From NCBI RefSeq assembly GCF_000284455.1, contig NC_017039.1, positions 3,000,001 to 3,032,000 of the forward strand: 32,000 nt of DNA, in the 5' to 3' direction. The stretch comes from Synechocystis sp. PCC 6803 substr. PCC-P (GTDB lineage Bacteria; Cyanobacteriota; Cyanobacteriia; Cyanobacteriales; Microcystaceae). Under the pieces are notes generated by a model that was given only the letters and a program-made list of their open reading frames with translations, was not told the DNA's origin and did not search any database. Positions within the stretch are counted from its first letter, which is position 1, and the number at the start of each line of letters is the position of its first letter. Below are positions 26,329 through 32,000 of this stretch, one piece after another. The position numbers and the translations under genes are program-made.

Positions 26329-27309
26329 TTAGCCCCGCCCCCGATAACTATTTGACGGTGGATCAAATCCTGGACCCGAGGCGATCGCCTGTTGGAAGGA
26401 AAGTTGCAGATCGGGGATAGTTACCCCCTGTCGTCCTGCAAATAACATCGCTGCTAGTTCTTGGCCATAGGAGGCTTCACTGTGGCCAGAGTAAACAAAC
26501 AGATCAAAACCTGGCGATCGGCGCAGAGTACGACTAAGTTGGCCATAGTCTGGCTGTAATAGTTCGGTAACTTGCACCCTCAAGCCCCTATTTTTAGTCA
26601 AATTAGCCAATATCTGGCGATCGGGTTCGAGGTCAATGCCATCACTGTTGCCAATCAGATGCAAAATTCGCAGTTCAGGGCATAGGTAACGGTGGAGCTT
26701 GGCGGTGAAATTAGTGGGATGGGTAACGGAAGTTGGGGCAGGAGTGAACGAGTATTGACAGGTATTAACCGCACAATGGATTTTTGGTGAGGCTGATTGC
26801 AGTAGGGGCCATTCCTGCCAGGGTAATTTAGCTAAAATCGCCGCTGTTTCTGGGCTGGTTTGATACAGAGATTGACCTATCTGCAAAATCAACAAAGTTT
26901 CCCCATCGGACTGGGAAAGACAGCGCAGTATTTCCTTTTCTAAATTTTGCCAAGCGGGTAGGGAAGAACTCAACCATTGCACCATGGCTTGGCGGAGGAG
27001 CTTTCTTTCCGTTCCCTGGCCTTGATACTGGTAACTGGTGGCAACGGCTTGGGTGCTAATGATCCTAATGCCCCGACGGCGATGGGCTTGCCCAGGGCGA
27101 GGACTGGTGATTTCCAAAGCCCAATCTTGGTACAGCTCCGCTAAGGGGGAAGTTATGGGGGGTAAAGTGCCGTAGAAATCCCTTTGCACCGTGGTGACCG
27201 AGGAACCATCTATCCGTTCCACATCCAACGCCACCGTAAAACCAGACTGAAAATCACCATTAATGACCTTGAGCAGAAGAAATTGCATTGCCATCAGATT
27301 TTTTTGCAC
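26329..27309 (-). CDS. CHAT-like (caspase-family) protein, apparently truncated before the catalytic Cys block
   Basis: 326 aa. The N-terminal 'LLLKVINGDFQSGFTVALDV' module and the C-terminal 'LRILHLIGNSDGIDLE...FDLFVYSGHSE...TIPDLQLSFQQAIASG' resemble the His-block half of cyanobacterial CHAT domains. The ORF ends where the Cys block would follow. The track start is GTG (27309), 1 nt after the upstream stop codon. ATG alternatives lie 5 and 7 codons downstream. Confidence 0.55.
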   Translation of the reverse strand: MQKNLMAMQFLLLKVINGDFQSGFTVALDVERIDGSSVTTVQRDFYGTLPPITSPLAELYQDWALEITSPRPGQAHRRRGIRIISTQAVATSYQYQGQGTERKLLRQAMVQWLSSSLPAWQNLEKEILRCLSQSDGETLLILQIGQSLYQTSPETAAILAKLPWQEWPLLQSASPKIHCAVNTCQYSFTPAPTSVTHPTNFTAKLHRYLCPELRILHLIGNSDGIDLEPDRQILANLTKNRGLRVQVTELLQPDYGQLSRTLRRSPGFDLFVYSGHSEASYGQELAAMLFAGRQGVTIPDLQLSFQQAIASGPGFDPPSNSYRGRG

Positions 27310-27310
27310 C

Positions 27311-28483
27311 CTAAAGATGAATATCTTCCGTTACAGCTAATTCTCCCAGGGATACCCGAATGCGAAAATCACTGCCGGGGTCAATCTCTAGGCTCATTTT
27401 GAGGAGATTTTTTCCCCCTTGTTCTTCCTCTCCAACCCCAATACTGTCAATTAACTGGTCATCGGTGGTTAACAATGCCAATGCTAATCCTGCCGGTAAA
27501 GTTTGTGTTGATTGCAAAGGTTGCAACGTAATCAAACCGGCAATGGTATGGTCACCCCTAGGCATCAAAGAAACGGTTAACGTCAACGGGATTTGCCCTA
27601 AAGCCAGGTCATGGGCAATGGTTTTGGTAACACTATGCACCGCCTGGGGATGTTTGGCATCAATGCGGGCTAGGGTGCCAGCGGCTAACCAGCGGGTATC
27701 TTCATTGTTCGTGCCATCAATGATTTCCACCAATTTGGCGATCGCCTGGGGTTGATCATTTTCGGTGGCTAATTCCCCCAGAGTAATAATTAATCTTTGC
27801 TTGGTAGCCTCATCCTTGGCTCCCTGAAATTTGTCGATAATGCGCTCCACTGTGCCCAAGCTACGGACAGGAATTAACTGGGGTACCCATTGCTCCGTTC
27901 CCAACTGCCAAGTGGTAGTGGTAACCCGTTCCACCCAAGTTTGAATCACGTCTGTCACCCGATTAACGGCATTTTGCACTACTTCCACTGGGGCGAGAAC
28001 CATTGAAGCTTGTTCCGCAGTGGCAATAACCCGGAATAGTCCTTCTATGGGTTGTAACTGTTGTTTAGGCACTATTTCCGCAGTAAAAGATTCTAAAAAA
28101 CCGAATATTTCCCCTTGGCGCAGGTCTTCACTAATTTCCACCACCGCATAGCCTAATCTGTCCTGCCAACTTTCCGCCCCAAAATAAATTTCCTCTTCTT
28201 GGTGACCAATGCCCCGACATTCCAAACGACCGAGATTAGGTAGGTAAAGATCAGCCACTGTTTCCCCTAAATGGATTGGTGGTTGACGGCTATAACTTTC
28301 CCCCTCGTCATAATCAATGCCGTAGATCTCCAACCAATGGGCGATCGCCCTAACGGCCAAAAGGTTTTTAATGAGCCGTTGAAGTTTTTCTCCCTGGCAA
28401 CCAGATTGGAGGGCAATGGTTTTCACCCATTGATGATCCGCTGAAGTTAGGGGAATTTTCAAATTATTATCGATGGCAACCAT
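27311..28483 (-). CDS. DUF1822-like protein
   Basis: 390 aa. The N-terminus 'LKNLLAVRAIAHWLEIYGIDYD...VADLYLPNLGRLECRGI...WQDRLGYAVVEISEDLRQGEIFGF' matches my recollection of the conserved DUF1822 N-terminal pattern (cyanobacteria-rich family). The assignment was not verified by search. Confidence 0.65.
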   Translation of the reverse strand: MVAIDNNLKIPLTSADHQWVKTIALQSGCQGEKLQRLIKNLLAVRAIAHWLEIYGIDYDEGESYSRQPPIHLGETVADLYLPNLGRLECRGIGHQEEEIYFGAESWQDRLGYAVVEISEDLRQGEIFGFLESFTAEIVPKQQLQPIEGLFRVIATAEQASMVLAPVEVVQNAVNRVTDVIQTWVERVTTTTWQLGTEQWVPQLIPVRSLGTVERIIDKFQGAKDEATKQRLIITLGELATENDQPQAIAKLVEIIDGTNNEDTRWLAAGTLARIDAKHPQAVHSVTKTIAHDLALGQIPLTLTVSLMPRGDHTIAGLITLQPLQSTQTLPAGLALALLTTDDQLIDSIGVGEEEQGGKNLLKMSLEIDPGSDFRIRVSLGELAVTEDIHL

Positions 28484-28552
28484 AAATATTTCCTAAAAGT
28501 AATTAATAGCGAATACAAATACTACAAAAGTGATTTAATCTTCTACAATTAG

Positions 28553-29656
28553 TTATCGGCTCTGGCTCAAATTTTTATGCACAAATTGCAAAATATGGGG
28601 CAGTAGCTGAAATTCGTAAAACCGCTCCAGTTCCCCCGGCTCCACTCCTAACGATTGCGCCACTTGGGTTAGTCCCTGCCTCGGCTTTCGGATGGTCAAC
28701 AGTAGCTCCTGCAACAGCCTTTGCCCTGTAATCCCTGGTTTTTGAGCCAAGCGAAGTTCCCTTAAAGTTGACTCCGTTTCTATCCATTCCTGCAATTGTT
28801 GTTCAAATTGGTTTTGCCTCAATTCTTTCTTTCCCAACAGTCCCCGCAGATGCTCACAGGGATTAATGGGGGTATCGGGTTGGATAAAGTCATAATTGCT
28901 TTCCATAAAGGCGATTAACCTACCGCGGCACTGACGCTCGTAGAAACTGCTCAAAGTGGCGATCGCCACCCCATATTCTTTTGCCAACTGATTCCACTCC
29001 ACTTCCTCGATAAAACGCTTTTGCAGTAATAATTGCGCTGTTATTGTTGGCTGGTTTTTAACCGTCACCCCAACTAATTCCTCCTCTAATTGCAACCAGT
29101 CTTCTATGCCCCGACGCATAATGTCAGCGTCTTGTCCGTAGGAAGGGGAGGTTATCATGGCCAGCAGATCTTCCCGATCATCCTCGGATGTACTGGATTG
29201 GACTTGTTGCCGTTGTTGATATTGCTTTTCCCGTTGGGTCTTGAACTCATTTTTGAGCCGGAAGTTTAACCAAGTAGCTACCTGGGCTTGCTGGGCGTTG
29301 TAGTCCCGATAACGACGATAGAAATATTCCAGGGTCTTCAACCACGCTTCAGCGTAGGCATCCTGGTACTGCTCTTCGTAATTACGCCATAGTTTTTCCG
29401 ATGCTTCCAGTATTCCCATAGCCTGGGCGAGTATTTCCCTTTCACACAGGGTTTTTTGGATAGGGTCAAGGCCATCCCCGGACAATTTTTTCGCCTGTTC
29501 AATGAGGAGTTGGAGTTGCAGGTTTACATCATCCCCAGCAATGCGGACTACTTCGCTGAATATTTGTCTCAGAATTTGCTTCCGCTTAGCACTAACAGGA
29601 GATAACTGTCCCAACCTCTGGCGATAATAGTCGAGGGAACAATGATCTTTTTCCAT
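28553..29656 (-). CDS. Sigma-70/ECF-like protein with two region-4-like HTH modules (tentative)
   Basis: 367 aa with an ATG start. '[16 protein letters not shown]' resembles sigma region 2.4. There are two HTH repeats: '[30 protein letters not shown]' and '[30 protein letters not shown]'. The ORF is solid, but the functional call is weak. Confidence 0.45.
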   Translation of the reverse strand: MEKDHCSLDYYRQRLGQLSPVSAKRKQILRQIFSEVVRIAGDDVNLQLQLLIEQAKKLSGDGLDPIQKTLCEREILAQAMGILEASEKLWRNYEEQYQDAYAEAWLKTLEYFYRRYRDYNAQQAQVATWLNFRLKNEFKTQREKQYQQRQQVQSSTSEDDREDLLAMITSPSYGQDADIMRRGIEDWLQLEEELVGVTVKNQPTITAQLLLQKRFIEEVEWNQLAKEYGVAIATLSSFYERQCRGRLIAFMESNYDFIQPDTPINPCEHLRGLLGKKELRQNQFEQQLQEWIETESTLRELRLAQKPGITGQRLLQELLLTIRKPRQGLTQVAQSLGVEPGELERFYEFQLLPHILQFVHKNLSQSR

Positions 29657-29746
29657 GGCTACATCCCCAGATATTACCGTTGCAATTCAAAACTGCTATT
29701 TTACTTTGTTGGCGATCATTTCTTTTTGGGGTGATATACCAAAACT

Positions 29747-29887
29747 TGCTATACGACATCCGATACAACAAATTCAAGTGGTGGTGGCAACGAAAGACCG
29801 TCTGGTTCTGGGATGATAATCTAACCGCAAATAGAAACTATATCAAAGAACTTCTACGCCAGATGATATCTCTGTGAAAGTGGTGGT
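29747..29887 (+). pseudogene. 141-nt relic of a paralog of the B12-binding radical SAM gene
   Basis: It aligns without gaps to 24666-24806, with about 15 mismatches by eye (about 89% identity). It encodes '[40 protein letters not shown]', against '[44 protein letters not shown]' in the intact gene. CGA(Arg) has become TGA. There is no homology on either side of the fragment. Confidence 0.85.
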
Positions 29888-30050
29888 TTATCATGCTCCC
29901 TGTTATACTACAGAGGAAGATATTACTTAATCTTTACTTTATTTACTAAAGTGATCTTTTAGGCATTTAAGTCTAAAAGGTCGTTGTCAAAAGTTTCCTT
30001 AGTCAGGGATAGTAAAGGCTCTGAGAGGAAAGATTCAGATAGTTCTGGAG

Positions 30051-30308
30051 ATGATAGAGTTGAGACTTTATAAGCAGATTTTAAATGCTTCTCACTCACT
30101 GTTCAGTCCCTATCATTATCATCAAGCTTTACAAAACGCTGTTTTGGCAAGTCAACATTTTGAAGAGGTTAGAGCCATGACGGTTTTATCTTTATTCTAT
30201 TTGTACTATTCTACGCCATTTTTGAGCCTAGTGCATGGTGATTCAAGTTCTGAAAAAGCAGCTTGGCTCAGTTGTGTTAATACTAACCAAGAAAAGATGC
30301 AAAAATAG
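30051..30308 (+). pseudogene. Detached TPR-region fragment of the downstream sensor gene (same frame, ends at an in-frame TAG)
   Basis: '...LSLFYLYYS...VNTNQEKMQK*' is followed in the same frame by 'AEHAPMNYLHKYHLVEAE'. In the large kinase/AAA/TPR/GAF sensor family this junction reads '..K W A.HAP.N..HK..LVEAE', so the TAG (30306-30308) replaces a Trp TGG. Confidence 0.6.
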
Positions 30309-30323
30309 GCGGAACACGCCCCA

Positions 30324-32000
30324 ATGAATTACTTGCACAAATATCATCTAGTTGAAGCAGAAAAAGCGCGGGTCTTAGGGCAATTCTTTGAGGCTGAAGA
30401 GTTTTATGAGCGAGCGATCGCAGGTGCTGCTGAAAATGAGTTTATTCAAGAAGAAGCATTGGCTTATGAATTAGCGGCTAAACATTATCTAGCGCGAGGT
30501 CGAGAAAAAATTGCTCGAACTTATATGAAAGAAGCGCACTATTGCTACGATCGCTGGGGCGCAAAAGCTAAAGTTAAAGACTTAGAAAAACGGTATCCAC
30601 AATTACTCAATTCCAACTTGATTCGGCAATCAACTTTGACTGAGGGAATGATCAGTCATTCGACCGCCGTGATGAAAGCGGCTCAAGCCCTCTCAGAAAT
30701 TATCCATCTTGATCAATTGATTGCCAGGTTACTGTTGATGGCTCAGGCAGCAATTTCACTAGAAAATGCTCGGCTGTATGAACGGCTAGCAAACTATGCC
30801 AAAACACTGGAAAGGAAACTAGAAGAGCAAACTCAAGCATTACAGCAGGAGATCATCAATCGCGAACGAACAGAAGACGCATTACGACAAAGTGAAGCGA
30901 ATTATCGCAATCTGCTACAAACCGCGAATTCAATCATCATTCGCTATGATCCGCAAGGACGGATTCACTACATCAACGATTATGGGGTAAAACTCCTCGG
31001 CTACAAAGAACATCAAATCTTAGGACGAACCTTATTTGAAACCATCATTCCGGACATCGAAATCTCTGGGCGTGATGTCAAACCTATGGTTCACAATTTA
31101 CTTCGCAACCCTCAATCGTACCCGCAAGGTGAGGGTGAAAACCTGTGTCGAGACGGTCGGCGCGTTTGGGTTGCCTGGTCGAATCAAGCTATTTTCAACG
31201 ATCGGGGAGAGGTGGTTGAAATCTTATCGGTGGGCAATGACACCACTCAGCGTAGACAAGCAGAAGAGGCATTACAACGTAGTGAAGCTAAGTTCCGCAA
31301 CATCTTTGCAAATTCGCAGGTTGGTATCTACCGTAGCCGTATCGGTGATGGCTTAATTCTCGATGCCAATCAACGCTTTGCCGATCTGTTTGGCTTTGAT
31401 TCACCCCAAGAGATGATTGGGATTGAACACACTACAGGCTATTGGGTCAATCTCAGCGATCGCCAACAAGGCATTGAGGTGATAAAGCGGGATGGGGAAG
31501 TGCGAAATTATGAAGCACAGATGCGAAAACGAGATGGGACAGTGTTTTGGGGACTTTTCTCTTCTTATCTGAATGCAGCCGATGACTACATCGAAGGGGT
31601 GATTGCAGATATTAGCGATCGCAAACAGGCAGAAGTCGCGTTGCAAGCCTCTGAAGCGGAACTGCGGGCGCTCTTTTCAGCCATTCCCGATCCGCTATGT
31701 ATCATCAATGCTGAAGGGCGATTGCTCTGCACAATCAAAGGAACTTCATCTTATGGAGAGGAGTGTACTGGCAAAACGCTGCATCAACTTTTTGCCAAAG
31801 AACAAGCTGATGAATTTCTGGATTACATTCAGCAGTCGGTGAGAACTCAACAAGTCCTCACCGTTGAATACAGTGATTGGATCGCTGGACGAGAAGTTTG
31901 GTTTTCGGCTCGCATTGCCCCGATTCGACATGAGCAGGTGATTTGGCTGGCGCGAGATATTACGGCGCAAAAGCAAGCAGAAGCCGCCTCGATTTTAGAA
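30324..32000 (+). CDS. Multi-PAS sensor protein (TPR tail, collapsed GAF, at least 3 PAS), 3' end off-window; probably the remnant of a much larger Ser/Thr-kinase/AAA/TPR/GAF/PAS histidine kinase
   Basis: My own translation of frame 3 is open from ATG 30324 to the window end. The ORF track omits it because no stop lies inside the window. It reads 'MNYLHKYHLVEAEKARVLGQFFEAEEFYERAI..AHYCYDRWGAKAKVKDLEKRYPQLL', then 'AVMKAAQALSEIIHLDQLIARLLLMAQAAISLENARLYERL'. Three PAS/PAC units follow, each introduced by a 'SEA.(Y/F/L)R' linker. Confidence 0.8.
   Translation, partial: MNYLHKYHLVEAEKARVLGQFFEAEEFYERAIAGAAENEFIQEEALAYELAAKHYLARGREKIARTYMKEAHYCYDRWGAKAKVKDLEKRYPQLLNSNLIRQSTLTEGMISHSTAVMKAAQALSEIIHLDQLIARLLLMAQAAISLENARLYERLANYAKTLERKLEEQTQALQQEIINRERTEDALRQSEANYRNLLQTANSIIIRYDPQGRIHYINDYGVKLLGYKEHQILGRTLFETIIPDIEISGRDVKPMVHNLLRNPQSYPQGEGENLCRDGRRVWVAWSNQAIFNDRGEVVEILSVGNDTTQRRQAEEALQRSEAKFRNIFANSQVGIYRSRIGDGLILDANQRFADLFGFDSPQEMIGIEHTTGYWVNLSDRQQGIEVIKRDGEVRNYEAQMRKRDGTVFWGLFSSYLNAADDYIEGVIADISDRKQAEVALQASEAELRALFSAIPDPLCIINAEGRLLCTIKGTSSYGEECTGKTLHQLFAKEQADEFLDYIQQSVRTQQVLTVEYSDWIAGREVWFSARIAPIRHEQVIWLARDITAQKQAEAASILE

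Noticed and set aside
29680-29877. 65-aa plus-strand ORF in the ORF track, considered as a real small gene.
   Set aside because: Its C-terminal 40 residues are the relic copy of the radical SAM gene ending at a CGA to TGA mutation. The N-terminal part has no homology and no ribosome-binding site. It is better described as a pseudogene fragment.
25755-30308. Two independent in-frame TAG codons sit at conserved Trp positions: IS3 orfA at 25755-25757 and the sensor TPR region at 30306-30308. I considered this a hint of amber read-through or recoding.
   Set aside because: Both are simple TGG to TAG transitions in genes that show other signs of decay (missing orfB, missing N-terminal domains). 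All confident genes in the window use TAG as an ordinary stop, for example ppsA and the DUF1822-like gene. Pseudogenisation is the simpler explanation.
31036-31976. ORF-track entries 31036-31356(+), 31401-31646(-), 31603-31842(+) and 31746-31976(-).
   Set aside because: All overlap the long frame-3 multi-PAS reading frame that runs from 30324 off the window end, and they are alternative-frame artefacts.

Overview
This is a cyanobacterial chromosomal segment. The HIP1 octamer GCGATCGC occurs 32 times by my eye count. From memory only, the gene content and order resemble Synechocystis sp. PCC 6803. Positions 1-22,100 are mostly recognisable core genes: a 5'-truncated TrmJ-like RNA methyltransferase, a membrane-anchored class-A beta-lactamase-like hydrolase, ppk, a minC-minD-minE operon with a tiny trailing membrane ORF, a FraH-like zinc-ribbon/FHA protein, a CAT-like acyltransferase, a Uma2 nuclease, ppsA, a PAS-GAF-GGDEF cyclase, an arsM-arsS-TVP38 arsenic cluster bracketed by two MITE-like elements, a secreted 5'-nucleotidase-family enzyme, a GNAT, and an orphan HerA/FtsK-like ATPase. 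Positions 22,100-32,000 look like a patchy, decaying accessory region. It holds a very AT-rich orphan membrane/zinc-ribbon gene, an orphan B12-binding radical SAM gene, an IS3-family remnant, a perfect 59-bp tandem duplication and a three-gene operon (sigma-like double-HTH protein, DUF1822-like protein, CHAT-like protein cut off before its catalytic Cys block). It also holds a 141-nt relic copy of the radical SAM gene and the remains of a giant kinase/TPR/GAF/PAS sensor with an in-frame amber codon. The sigma-like/DUF1822/CHAT operon is my best candidate for an uncharacterised system. The HerA-like ATPase neighbourhood comes second. No rRNA, tRNA or CRISPR array was seen. All family assignments rest on motif recognition by eye, with no searches run.
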